Source of the DNA: Octopus sinensis
Taxonomy: Eukaryota
Direction: 5' to 3'
DNA: 64,000 bases
Assembly (NCBI RefSeq): GCF_006345805.1
Contig: NC_043018.1
Location: forward strand, 3,224,001 to 3,288,000
Part shown: one piece after another, positions 25,151 to 41,358 of the stretch
Numbering within the stretch: position 1 is the stretch's first letter
How the letters are laid out: each line of letters opens with the position of its first letter
The notes under the pieces: model-generated
Databases searched by the model: none
Seen by the model: only the letters and a program-made list of their open reading frames with translations
Told to the model about the DNA's origin: nothing
Translations under genes and position numbers: made by a program

Positions 25151-25767
25151 TAAATACCTTTCTAACGGGTTCAAATATGCCTCAAACAACACATTTGAAG
25201 TGGAAACAAGTTTGTATTTATATATATCAATGATTAATTGTCACCCCACATATATAAAGTATACAGACAATTGATAGGCCAGTTAGTACAATATTTGTCA
25301 TGGAATAACATCTCTCATAAACATGCTGTGTTAAATATATAATAAATATTAGAAAGAGGGACAATAATACATACGATAGTTATTTTAATTAAACAGTGTC
25401 TCATTTGCGCTAATCGAATGCTTTAAATCACAATGCCAACGAATGTTTTGTTCACATTTTTAATATACGTGAGACGACAAATCAAATTCTCGTCCAAACA
25501 TGTAACTGGCGTCAAGCAAACTCTGTTGAATAGTCCACAGAGGACAGGAATATATTTGGTTCTGAGACGAATTTGGTATTCTCTTTCGAGTTTATTCTGT
25601 TTTAGCATAGCCATTCCATAAAAGATGATATCAAAGAAAACATACTGCAGTTAATGGCATATCGACAGCGTGCATATTTAAGTACGATGCATGGATGTCT
25701 ATTTTAAATACTGCTTCGATTGCCTATACTGGACATATATTTATATATATATATATATATATATACA

Positions 25768-25826
<59 letters not shown>

Positions 25827-25833
25827 TGATAGA

Positions 25834-26200
<367 letters not shown>

Positions 26201-26205
26201 TTTTA

Positions 26206-27010
26206 CAGGTTGTGATGGGTAAATTGTCGCCAATTTATATATTTAATTTCGTGCATGCCCATCGTTAGTTTTTGATTTTGTCTACTACATAGTATAGTAG
26301 CGTCAGTTGGACACCCTCTGTGAGAGAAGCAGCACCATGACGCAATTCTCTCTACTAGAAATTTGGAAACGGCGAGCTTAACTGCGGGACATCCACGCCA
26401 GAAGCTCCAATACGAATATTTCGGGGTCTTTGGATGTCAATCCGAGGACATGTACCAAGAGTGTTATGATCACTAGTGATGGCGACGTTATGCCTCCATT
26501 CATCCTCCCACACAGATCCACACTCATCACAGAGGCCTACATCACGTGACTGGGAGGGGTAGTGTTGTCCTGGGTCAAGATGGTGGCTGCTGGAAGACCT
26601 TATATCTGGCAACAGGACTCTGCACCATTCCACACAAACAGGAGAGTCCAATCACCCCTAACAACTGGCTATCTAACTCCCCAGATTGCAACCCCTATTG
26701 ATTATTATATGTGGGGTGCAGTTGAGCGAGAGACCAACAAAACTCTTTGTAACTTCAAAGATGTACTGAAGGCAAGGATTATGGCAGCATTCACCAACTT
26801 AAACAAGGAGACCGTCCAGACGAGTTGCACGAGATATGGAAGTCGTCTGGCTGGTGTGGGTGAAGCCAATGATGATTTTATTGAATAAATTTACTCTTTA
26901 GTTTTTCAAGATATTTTTATGTAATTTTGGTAAATATATCTGTTAAAATGAGAAGCCAGTGATATTTCTATTTTGCGTATTTTAGGCGAGAGCTTATTCA
27001 CCGCACCGTG
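26206..27010 (+). mobile_element. Internally deleted Tc1/mariner element (maT/DD37D-like)
   Basis: Imperfect TIRs CAGGTTGTGATGGGTAAATTGTCGCC / GGCGAGAGCTTATTCACCGCACCGTG with TA flanks; transposase motifs WQQDSAPFH and DYYMWGAVERETN. Confidence 0.85.
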
Positions 27011-27013
27011 TAC

Positions 27014-27060
<47 letters not shown>

Positions 27061-27420
27061 GGCCTGCGTGCGTGTATGTGTGTGTCTGTGTCTCTGTGTA
27101 TGTATGTATGCATGTATGTATGTATGTATGTATGTATGTATGTATGTATGTATAAAGAATTTAATAAGCGGTAGGCATTCAATTTTTACAGGATCTCACT
27201 GCAATCCCCGTCCGGATAAGTTTTTATATATTGGGAAGCAGTATATTTCATAGAGATCTAAAGCTATGAAATAGTGGGATGGGAAGGACTAAGGCATGGT
27301 GCCCTAGTTGATCATGAGACACAACATGGTCAGGAAAGAGTCATTCGACATACAGAAAAACAGTGATATTAAAAACAGATTCTCATAACAACGAATCGAA
27401 AAAGACATTTCCTCACATTC

Positions 27421-27625
<205 letters not shown>

Positions 27626-27653
27626 ATGTAAATATATATATACATATATATTA

Positions 27654-27702
<49 letters not shown>

Positions 27703-27766
27703 TATATATATATATATATACACATATATACATATAATTATGATTATACGAGTGTATGCATGTATA

Positions 27767-27797
<31 letters not shown>

Positions 27798-28543
27798 TCT
27801 ATCTATCTATATATATATATACATATATATATTTATACATGCATAAGCTTATATATATATATATGTATGTATGTATGCATGCATGTATGTATGTATGTAT
27901 GCATGTATGTATGTATGCATGTATGTATGTATGCATGCATGTATGTATGTATGTATGTATGTATGTATGTATGTATGTATGTATGTATGTATGTATGTAT
28001 GTATGCAAGTATTTATACATATAGCCCGGCCTGACATTTCGAATACAAATACACAATTTCAGTTCACATTAATTGAAATAGAAAGATTGATAGCTGTAGG
28101 CTATATTGTATGAAACGTTGGAGGCTGTTGAACGTTGATAAATAATTTTCGTATTTTGGGACCGTCTAATAGTCTGGAACAAATTATCGAATTATAATTT
28201 GACAGCTTATAAAGAAAACATCTCGGTGCTAGACGGAATATTTATGCAATTTAAGCATACGATTTGGCAGTTTTAGATTTAAAGAGAAAAAAACTAACGG
28301 CTTGAGTATTAATGGTGTTGGTTATGTATGTGAGAGTTGATACTAGTTTACAAGTTTATATTTTTCCTTACAAATATATGTGTTAAAGGACGTATGTGTG
28401 TATATGCTTGAGCATGGATAAATGTATGTACATTTATATATATATATATATTTATAAAGATATGAGGGTTCTAGTTCACTGGTGATTTAAACAATATATA
28501 TACACGTATGCATATATAAATACATACAAATATACATATATAA

Positions 28544-28598
<55 letters not shown>

Positions 28599-28624
28599 TA
28601 CATGCATATATATATATATATATG

Positions 28625-28659
<35 letters not shown>

Positions 28660-28682
28660 GCATATGTATATATGTATGTATG

Positions 28683-28724
<42 letters not shown>

Positions 28725-29542
28725 ATATGATCAAGGGAGTGACGAGCGGGGTGACTGGGAAATATTAGGATGAATGTGTGTACATGTGTGTGTGTGTGTG
28801 TGTGTGTGCCTGTGTACGTGTGTGTGTTGATTATGTGGTAGCTGCTCCCGTTGCTACCTTCCTTCCATCTTTCCTTCTTCCCTCCTTTCCATTAGTATTT
28901 ATGGGTCCTGGAACGAGTCATAAGCACAGCCTTCTCCCCTCCTGATGAAAAAGTGAGTGAAAAAATCCCCAAAAGTCACGTTTTCAATGTTCCAAACCTT
29001 TATCAAACTTACAAATATAATGGAACCAGACAGCCACATATTTTAACCGTATCAGGCTTCGACTGCGGACATCTGTCTCTCTCACACACCACCCACGCAC
29101 ACAGACACACACACACGCACATGATTATATCTCTCAGTCACTCTCGTGATCACTTTTTCTTTCTGGTTGTATACATACATACATACATACATACATACAT
29201 ACATACATACATACATACATACATACATACATACATGTATGACACATATATTTCAAGTAACCCAAATTTTGCCCATACCTAAACATTGCTTTGCGCCTAT
29301 GCTCCATTAATTTCATCGGGCGATCTACTACTGCAAATCAGTCAACGTCTGAATTATATATAAAGCAATAGCGTTATTAAATTCGATCAGAGTTGCATCA
29401 CTTAGGTACAAGAGTCAAAAAACTCGAAACATCGATGTCTGAGATCCCCGAGAGATGGAATCACTGAGCGAATTGGGTGTTTTCACACCGGATTTCTCAC
29501 CGGTTGACTTCAGTGTATATATATATATACATACATGCACAC

Positions 29543-29595
<53 letters not shown>

Positions 29596-29722
29596 ATATA
29601 TATATCGTGAAGTAAACCAGGCAGTAGTATTTTTGGGTGGATAACTGAAGAAGTATTAGGGTTCTAGTGTCTGTCTTACGCGTGCATTTCCATATATATG
29701 TATATCTATGTGCGTGTGTGTG

Positions 29723-29753
<31 letters not shown>

Positions 29754-29761
29754 ATGTATGT

Positions 29762-29849
<88 letters not shown>

Positions 29850-29961
29850 GTACATATAGTTTATATGTTAGATATATGTGTTCTTTAGATATAGAAACAC
29901 TTCGAAATGCTCAAGCCAAGATTTTGGACCGTTAGGTACGTAAAACAACGAGAACAAAGTC

Positions 29962-30376
29962 GGTACGTCTATTTGAATATAAAGATACATTAAATCGCAA
30001 AGAAAAATGTAAATGTTTGCGGATATTAAGAATACATAGTTCAACTTACAAACAAAATGATATCACAAATCAGATAGGTAAAATTTTTAAAGTCCTACGG
30101 CCGTTTCAGCGGCTTGGTGGTCCCTAACCCTAACCCTAATTTGACAGATATTAGGGTCCGTTATTGGATGGCCTTGCCTTCTTCTTCAGGGGAAAAAAAA
30201 TTGCATTAAAATTTTACATTTGAAATGTTGGCCTGATGGACTTTTAAAGCTCTACCTATCATATTTGTAACATCATTTGTATGTGTAAGCTGAACTATAT
30301 ATTCTTAATATCCACACACAATTACGTTTTCCTTTTCGATTGGTTGTATCTTTATTTATGTCTAAATAGACGTACC
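29962..30376 (-). mobile_element. Old fold-back insert with a decayed hammerhead motif
   Basis: Diverged ~135-bp arms (29962-30095 / 30238-30376); minus 30092-30192 reads CUGAAGA...GAAAC-ggcc-GUA/GG. Confidence 0.55.
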
Positions 30377-30449
30377 TAGTTTGCTTGTTACTTTACTTAT
30401 ATATGTACATACCTAATTATAGTTATATCTATATATGCATATATATATT

Positions 30450-30692
30450 ACACCAGGACACGTCAAAACAGAAACTGACCACACAAAATTCAAGAAGTCT
30501 TTGGACAAATTCCTTCAAACAGTCCCGGACAAACCACCCACACCCGGATATGTCTCCGCAAACAATAACTCTCTGCTCGAATGGGCCTCGGTGCCCAAAT
30601 CCTGAATTGAAAGACTTCGCCAGGTGGTGCTATTAAGTTAGACATGGCCTGGGCCAATACTGGCCAAAACCTTTCTAAGTTATTCTAAGTTA
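30450..30692 (+). mobile_element. CR1-like LINE 3' terminus
   Basis: KFKKSLDKFLQTVPDKPPTPGY...NSLLEW...*, a short UTR hairpin and a (TTCTAAGTTA)2 tail. Confidence 0.7.
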
Positions 30693-30701
30693 TATGTATA
30701 T

Positions 30702-30740
<39 letters not shown>

Positions 30741-31060
30741 GTTATATATATATGCACATGTATATGTAAAACTATACAGTAACTCTTTGTCTTCTTATTA
30801 GAATTATATTTTACGCTTTGCAAAGTCCTCATAACGGATTTACAGTCGTGAAACCGGAATTTCGGTATAAGTCTGAAATCCGACCTTGTTGATATCTCAA
30901 AAGTTGATTTCAAGGCTTCATGGAAAATACTCTACCTTTATACCGTACCGGAACACCAAACATTCCATTGTATTCTTTACACGAAACCGACTGGTAAGAT
31001 CTGCCATGATGGATATTTAATACATTTCGGATTACATGTGTCCGCGAGTGTGTGTGTGTA

Positions 31061-31114
<54 letters not shown>

Positions 31115-31699
31115 TGTCTGTGTGTGTGTGTGTGTGTGTAAATATGTAAATATACATGCGAAAATGAACTAAGTAAATTCCCCCTACAAACATCAGCTTC
31201 TTTATACGAAATAATTTCGAAATCCCTTTACGAAAGACTTCAAGCTCGTTATCATCAGGTCAGTAAAATAGACACACACACACAGGGGTGTATGTACGCA
31301 TTCCTGACAGTATCACACGCAAGTAAATGCCAGTTGATGCCAACTATTGTCTAAACAGTTGAAACATAGAGATTAAAATTCAGCATGTAGATAAATATAC
31401 GCACGCACACTCATACATACACACATACACACATGTAAATCTGAGTGTGTCTGCATATAAATATATATGCATATTCATATGTGCGTGTGTCTGGGTGTTA
31501 GTGTGTCTGTGTATGTGTATGATTAAGGGAAAAATATAACTTACACCACTTTAGCTGACGAGTCATGTGTTGGCAAAACTTCAAGTTTCTGATTTGATTA
31601 TATAACTTTTAGATATATTGAAACTATGAATGATATGTATGATATGTAATTACATGTAAAATGATGTGTTCATGTGTGTGTTTAGATACCGGGATAGGT

Positions 31700-32061
<362 letters not shown>

Positions 32062-32489
32062 TTAGGTGTGATTATGTACACAGTCGAATGTTTGGTCTCG
32101 TGCCATTCGGAAATATATCAAATTTTCCGTTTCGTGCTGTGTTACTATATCTGTATGAATTTCTATTGACCTTCTATTCATCATGTACAAATGTAAGCAT
32201 AAACATGTCTACGACTATATTTTCTACGTGATTTTTTTGGTGTGTTTGTGTGTCTGTGTGTGTGTGTGTATGTGTATGTGTGTGTGTTCGTGTTTTCGTA
32301 TGTGCGCGAGTGTTTGTGTACATCGGCACGTGCTCGCAGCAACATACAAGATACTGTCTCTGAGCATGTGAAAGAAGTGCGTGTGTATTGTGCGGGCGTC
32401 CACACACAGACACACACACAAACAAATATATATATATATATATACCGGGGAAGGTATGCATGTGTGTATACATACATACATTTATATTT

Positions 32490-33974
<1,485 letters not shown>

Positions 33975-33992
33975 ATATATATATATTATATA

Positions 33993-34031
<39 letters not shown>

Positions 34032-34032
<1 letters not shown>

Positions 34033-34260
34033 TTTATTTAAAGCAGCAGAAAATTCAACAAGACCTGTTATTCTGAGTTTCCCGTTGCCGTTCATTGGAC
34101 AGTTTTTGCTGGAATAAACTGTCCGATGAACGGCAACGGGAAACTCAGAGTAACAGGTTTTGTTGAATTTTCTGCTGCTTTAAATAAAGCATATTACTCT
34201 ACCACTGATATTTGAGTACTCTTTTTTCCACTTTGTTTCACATTTATGTGTTTACTCCGG
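34032..34260 (+). mobile_element. Fold-back insert with hammerhead motif in (TA)n
   Basis: ~74-bp arms around a 10-nt loop plus a ~70-nt tail; 34119-34156 reads CUGU-CCGAUGA-aCG gcaa CGg-GAAAC-ucaga-GUA/ACAG. Confidence 0.7.
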
Positions 34261-34269
34261 TATATATAT

Positions 34270-34328
<59 letters not shown>

Positions 34329-34650
34329 GCATATAGGTATGTACGTATGTATACATCTATGTATGTATATAATGCATAGGTATACAAATACAGCTCACTT
34401 GCACACACATATAAATGTTCGATCTGTATATTTGTTTGCATGTGTGTGCGTATACATACACAAACACACATCGCTGTTGATTTTATTGCTTTTATATTGT
34501 AATCATATGTTTTTATTTTGACGTTTATTTATTTATTTATATCAATCTCCCCAAATATTCTAATGAAATTCTTCGCAATCATGAAGCAATGCCAAGTGTG
34601 CAGTACTGAAAACATTTCATCCAAACTTAGAAGTTATTATTCTAAAACTT

Positions 34651-34706
<56 letters not shown>

Positions 34707-34859
34707 TGTTGTTGTTGTTGTTGTAGCAGCAGCAGCGACAGTTGCTCAGAGTGGGTCAGCTCCGATCGAACAGACCAACGGTCATAGGTCATAACTTGTC
34801 TTATTGTTTGTTTTCTTTTACTTCCTCTGTCACAGCCTACCGTGGAATACATTAACCTA

Positions 34860-35085
34860 TTTCTTTATTACCCACAAGGGGCTAAACATAGAGGGGACAA
34901 ACAAGGGCAGACATAGGTATTAAGTCGATTACATCGACCCCAGTGCGTAACTGGTACTTAATTTATTGACCCCGATAGGATGAAAGGCAAAGTCGACCTC
35001 GGCGGAATTTGAACTCACAACGTAACGACACGAAATATGGCTACGCATTTCGCCCGGCGTGCTAACGTTTCTGCCAGCTCGCCAG
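34860..35085 (-). mobile_element. tRNA-derived SINE family B
   Basis: Minus GGCGAGCTGGCAGAAACGTTAGC...GAGTTCAAATTCCGCCGAGGTCGACTTTGCCTTTCATCC. Confidence 0.85.
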
Positions 35086-36412
35086 CTCGTGGAATACATT
35101 AACCAACATACCAAACCCCTCTAAAAAAAACTTTGATCACAAATTTTGTAACTCTCTCTGCTCCTATTTCTAGCACATCGACCAACACTCGTCACAAAAT
35201 CTTAGTCACTGGCACGCGTGACAAATAATCAGAAATCTTTTTATATTTTCCGAGTTTTTCTCTTTTTCTTTTTATGTTTCATAGAAATGAATTTGTTTGT
35301 ATTCTTTTGTTATTTTGTGTTTTGTATTTCAACTTTATTTATTTGTTTCTCGCCAGGCATACAGCCATATTATGTTGTGTACATGACTTGAATCAGCTTA
35401 GCGTGTTGTGAGCGATAGAACATAGAAGATTGGCAATGACGGTGCCGGAAATTGAATCAAAGTTTTTGTGCCAACTGTTAAATATTACTGAGTACAGGGA
35501 GCGAGAGAGAAAACCCCGCCATGTTTAACGAGGCAATTGTTGTGGAGTTAGTAAAGTTGGGCTCCTGGAAATCGTGACTCTGTGTAGCAAATGTTTTATC
35601 GCTGGTTGTCTGCAACCAGCGTTATGGTTTGCTCCGTCCACAGCGTGCGTTTGCCGTTGAAACCTTCTCCCGTTTTGAAAATGTGTGAGGTATTGTGCCA
35701 CACGTTGTTGTTGTTATTGTTGTTGTGGGTGGTGGCGTCAGCGACATCGCCTGCGGTGACATCGGTGGTGGCGGTGGCGGGTGTGGCGGTGATGGCTGTT
35801 CTATGTTCTATGGTTACGGTGGCGGCGGTGGTGGTTGCGACGCCGTCGGTCGTGGTGGCGGCTGCTGTGGTGGTGGTGGTGGTAGTGGTGGTGGAGGAGA
35901 TTGAAGAGGAGGAGGAGGAGGCGGCGGCGATGGTGGTTGCGACGCCGTCGGTCGTGGTGGCGGCTGCTGTGGTGGTGACCGTGGTGGTGGAGGAGGTGGA
36001 GGAGGAGGTAGTAGTGGTGATGATGGTGGTGCAGGTGGTTGTGGTGGTGGTGGTGGAAGAGGAGGAGGCGGCGGTGATGGTGGTAACATTCCTGGTGGTG
36101 GTAATGGTGACGAGAATGTTGCTGTTGTTGTAAATGTTTGTGTTTTGCTCGCTGTAAGCTTGACTGATCAAACCTGTAACGAAACGTTTTTTCATATTCC
36201 TTCTGTACACCAACGACTACATCGGCCAATGATTCTCCCCGGTTTAATTAGAATATTATGTTATTTGACAGAATTTCGTTGTTATTTTTCGCAGTTACGA
36301 AACCACGTAAAAACTTCCTCGTAAACTCATATAAAAACTGAACCGTACATTGTTGTACATATTTTAGTGCCTAGTCTCAGATCAGAATCAGATAATGCTA
36401 GCATACAACAAC

Positions 36413-36447
<35 letters not shown>

Positions 36448-36477
36448 TATTAGTAATAATAATAATAGTGCTTACTA

Positions 36478-36678
36478 CTATAGGAACAGGGCTTGAAATT
36501 TGGGTGGGGTGTCGATTATATTGCCCCCAGGTTTCCACTGGTACTTATTTCATCAACCCCGAAAAGTTGAAAGGCAAAGTGGACCTCGACGGAACTTGAA
36601 CTCAGAACGTAAAGACGAAAGAAATGTCGCTGAGTATTTTGGCCCGACCTGCTATCGATTCTGCCAACACGCCGTCCT
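36478..36678 (-). mobile_element. SINE family B
   Basis: Same motifs as 34860, with an adjoining (AAT)n tract. Confidence 0.75.
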
Positions 36679-37332
36679 GAATATTATTAAGGATAAGAAA
36701 AAAAGTAATTTTAGTCAGAACTTCCTTCTTACAAGGTGACATTACCCTACCATTCATATGTAGCACCAGTACTAACACCAAAATTTGGGATAATTAACTG
36801 GCTAATAGATGAAACGGGACATTAAGATCTTAAGAATCTTGACATCAACTGCAAGCTTTTATAAAAACAGAAATATTGACAGAATCTATCGCAAGAAAAC
36901 AAAAGGGGGGAATGCGGCTAAGGATCAGTGCAAACAGCGCTTGACTGTTGTATTATATCGTTCAGATAGCATCTACTGAGCAACAGCAGAAAATATATCA
37001 ACCAAGCGCAAAGGAAAGAAGTAAATAAAAATCCTGTGGACCGGTAGCAAAATCCTTACGGAGTTCTCCTTTCCCGATAACCACCTGGGTATATCTAGAA
37101 GAGCTGGACTAGTCTTACTTAGCAAAGAGGTGGAAGAAAAACACACTGCTTGCTACGAAATGGTTATGCATGGGCGTGTTACCGAAAAATTAAAGACGAT
37201 TATAATATTGGCCTCAAAATTTGCCATAAGGCCAGCAATTTTGAGAGGCGAGTGAAGTCGATTACATAGACCCCCGTTACCTACAGGTACTTATTTTATC
37301 AACCCCGAAAGGATGAAAGGCAATGTCTACCT

Positions 37333-40300
37333 TGTGTTATATCCTTATGGATAAACAAATACACTGCAACAGAGTAGTAACAATACAAGCGAAACAAACG
37401 GCAGTAACCACACGGAACGTAACGACAATGTTTTAAGAACCAGCAATCCAACTCCAACTGTAAACTTTAAACTACCAAAACACGAACTGTGGAACTAGCA
37501 CAAGGGTTAAAAAAGATGGGTGGACAACACATGGGGTCGGGTACTTATCGAATGATATTACATATATGAATAAATACATTATAATTTCGGATGAACATGA
37601 AAAAATGAATGGACGCGGAATGGGTTTGACCCCACTAACCACATTCCAGCGTTGAACCGGTTACTTTGTCCTTGTTTTTTACTCCGTTTAACTGGGCACT
37701 TACCCAACATTTGAACTACTTCCTTCCATCTTCTTCCGTACGTCAGGCATTTCTTCTCCAGACATACTTTCCCTCTTAGGTGATATCAAAAGAGGTTAAC
37801 CAAAGCATGCCCGGAGATGAAATTGCCTGAAGCGATACCACTTCCACGCGTCTTCCACATCAACTCTTTCTCAATAGCTATTACGGCTAGAAAGCAGAAT
37901 TTCTCTTCTCCTATTAGAGGAGACGGCGGAACGATTTTAATAATCTGTGTCAGTATCCGTTCGGTAGAAACCCACATGTCCGAGAGACTCGGACACTTTA
38001 TGATTGCATGCAGAACAGTTTCGTTGCTCTGCCCGCAATGTGGGCACGCAGGCGAAACCGTAACACCGTGCATCGCGAGTTTATCTGAAACTGGCAAGGC
38101 ACTTCGGAAGCACAGCCAAGCCAGGGACCTTTGTCTTTAGGTCCCGGGCCGAACGTCCTTCGATGCAGGTTGGCAAGCTGACTTTCATCGAAACCCAGAG
38201 TCTCCCCCGGGCCATCATCACACTTGTCCTCTACCAGCCCCCTATAGTACGCCGAGGTAATACCCCTCCATCGGCATTGCTCGTTCGGGAGAAATGCCGG
38301 CTCAAGCGCCTGTCGATACTCTGCGTGCCAAGCCCCCAGCCGTGGTGTACTCCTGAACCAGAATTCCGGTTCACCAAATGAGGAAATATCTCGCCATGAA
38401 CGGAGACCACACCCACTCACTGTCCAGGTACAGCCAGAGATGCCTCAACATCATCGCATGCCTGCGCATCTTTAACCACCGCATCCCTAACCTACCGTTT
38501 AGCGGTTGTTGGCAGCTGATATAGTGCCTTACAAGAGGCCGCCTGCCCCCCCTCCCCAGAAGTCGAAGCGCCTGTGTTCCATCTTGCTTAGCCACGAATC
38601 GGGGGACGGCACGACTGTTAGGCGGTAAGTAATGACAGATGCGATAAACACATTTACCGATGGTCTACCCTATCAAAAGCTTTGGATTGGGGTAAATAGA
38701 CCAATAGAGGTTTGCCAGGAAACCTCTTTACCCTTTCTAATGTATAGCGTATAAGGTGGAGAGTATCGTATATGTTCCTGCCGGGGATGGCGCAGATTTC
38801 CACCTCCCCGACGATACCATCCATGACTTTCGCCAAACTTTTTGCTAAGTAGAGTGTTAAGCAGAGTGATGGGCCTAAAGTTGTCAATTACGTCCTCATT
38901 ATTTGGGTCCTTTCTTATCAGTACCACCACTCCCTGGCTCACAGCCGCGGGAATACAGTCCGGTGAAATGGTCTTGTAAGGCCGTACACATCTCCTCGCG
39001 TTGAGTTACCGTTTGTCCCTGTTGGTTCGTCAGATACAATGTGGCATTATTGCCACGCTGAGACCCACGTGCCCATCCCGCGGAGTTGATACCCACCCAT
39101 GACCCATTGCACGTATCTTCGCTCTTAATCTGCAAACCTTGTACTTAACCTTGAGGTGATGGCTGAGCGCTGTTCTGACGGTCAACACTCGAGAAGCATA
39201 GCCAGATCTCATTGTCTCCTCTAATGCATTAGCTAAGGCCCTTTCTACACTATTTCTATTCTTAGCTAACTCTCTACTAAATTTAATCGAGTTTATTTTA
39301 TGGCTCTTTTGAGAGCATACCACCATTTGCTGTTAATAATCGACCCTGTCAATCCCCTAATCACTATCTGTCCAATCCGACTACTGTAGGCTTCACAGGA
39401 CAATAGCGACTCGTTTAGCTTCCAGTAGTCGCATCCCTGTCTACTCATGCTATCTACGTCCAGCTTACAGGTCACCAGTTTGTGATCACTGTAGCTGACA
39501 ATGGTTAATTGCTGACAACTAGCTATATTCTTATCCTCAATCCTAATTAATCTTCTGTCTAGGTAAGATTTAGATGGACCATCTTTTCTTGACCATGTCC
39601 ACTGTAGAACATCCGGGGCTTTTCTGTAGAACATTGTATCGATCTGCCAGCTGGAAACGTCTGAGCAAATCTTTCAGGCAAGAGCTTACCTTCCTGAAAC
39701 GATTTGAACCAGCATAATCTACGCGTGCATCGCAGATTGTATTTTGAGTCGCCTAAGACCACTAACGTGTGTGACGTACTCAGAAGGTTTCCCAGGTTTT
39801 TGAAGAAGTCAGGCTGCCCAGTTTCCACCGGGTCATAGACCACCACCAACCTGAAGGTCTTACCACAACTGAGTGTCACATCTAGGACGACCAGCCCGCC
39901 TTCCGGATCGATAAAGGTTGTTCTAGTTTCTAGTTTGAGCGCCTTCGTAAGTAGAACTACGACTCCCCTCGCAGATCTCGGTTGACATGGAGAAATGACT
40001 TTCTCGTAGTCGTTAAGGAGTAGTGCAAAGTCCTGCAGTGCCCTCAGTCTGATGTGACCTGAGATGGTTTAGGAGACAACTTACTTCCAATCCGATTTCA
40101 GGCCACGCACATTTTTATACACCCTAAATTAAGCGAGTTATTAATAACCGTTATGGCCGTGTGTGGTGGGAGGGTTGCGGTTTGTGTATCCTGCAGCTGT
40201 GTTTGCATTCAGCCCTCATGTGCACTTTTGGCCACATTTATAACACCTGGGCTTCCTTCCTTCCACGTTTGCTCTCAACTTCGTCTCCTCCACCGAAATT

Positions 40301-41358
40301 ATATCAATAATATTTTCTAAATCCTCTAGGGCGACCTGAATTATCAACTGTTCTACCCAGTTTTGTTTTTGGTACATGCAAGCTTGAAAGATAGGTATTT
40401 TATCCTCCAAGCCAATTAATATTGCATCAATAAGCCAGGAAACATCAATTTCCGGTTGTATTCCCTCCACCCTTAACTTGGAAGTTTGTCTATCAAAGTA
40501 TGAGCCACCTCGGCTGTTTTCAACTAGTTCGTTGAATGTTGCCTGGCTTTTTCTTCGGCACGGAAACGCACCTCCACCGTATCGCTTTCCCATGGTTATG
40601 TAAATAACATCCATCTAAATGGGGCGAAAACATTTCTCCACTGCTTCTTCAGTCACCTGCTCTATTCTTTTTGTTTTGTTTGACACTGTTTTGTAAGTCA
40701 CAGTTTTCCTTGCTGCATTCTGTATAATGTCACCGGGAGGTGAAACTTTCTCCCCGTTACACTCTCTACGTAATCTATTCTTATAGCTGCCCGGTTCAAA
40801 GCAGACGATTTCTTTTGCCACGGTAGCAGCCGACGCAAAGTTTACGTTTTACTCCGCGTTTTCTTCTTTTCCGCTCTGGTCTGCTTTCTTCTGCCTTTCT
40901 TTCTCTTGTCGTCTGCATTCTGCGCCGTTTTCTTCCAGACAACTCGCCATTAGCGTTTACTCGTCGCTTGACAAGCTGTTCATGTTTCACTCAAAAAATG
41001 TTTAACCTTGAAATTCTACCTCCCTCTTCCAGGAAGAGGGAATGTGTCTCTTGTCTGCGACACGGCAGAAATGCAATCTTTTTCTAAACAAATTCAATTG
41101 GAATTAATTCTAAAACATTAGCTGCATACACTTACTTCAGATTTTATTTTTTCCTCTCCGCTTCCAAATTCTTCACACCTTCATTAACAAGCTCGTGGCG
41201 ATATTTAACAGCCGTTCTTTCAACCCTTCCACTGCAAAAAAAATAAATAAATAAAAGGAAATAGCTCAAATTCCCTTACTTAGTTAGACCGCTACTATTT
41301 ATATGTAGTGGCCCAGTCCATTCTCGCCAGCGGGGCACCGTGCTCTCACACAACATCA
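37333..41358 (-). mobile_element. Tx1/L1-clade LINE, internally deleted and frameshifted
   Basis: ORF1 zinc knuckle PRCYKCGQK; APE motifs LVVVYDP, VVLGD, SYLDR, SDHKLV, YWKLN; RT motifs NFRPITLLNT and KAFDRVDH; C-terminal CPHCGQSNETVLHAIIKC. Confidence 0.85.

Noticed and set aside
30830-30885. Hairpin with GAAAC...GUA
   Set aside because: The upstream core is absent.
31195-31265. Minus-strand CUGAUGA...GAAAU
   Set aside because: Stems I and II cannot be formed convincingly.
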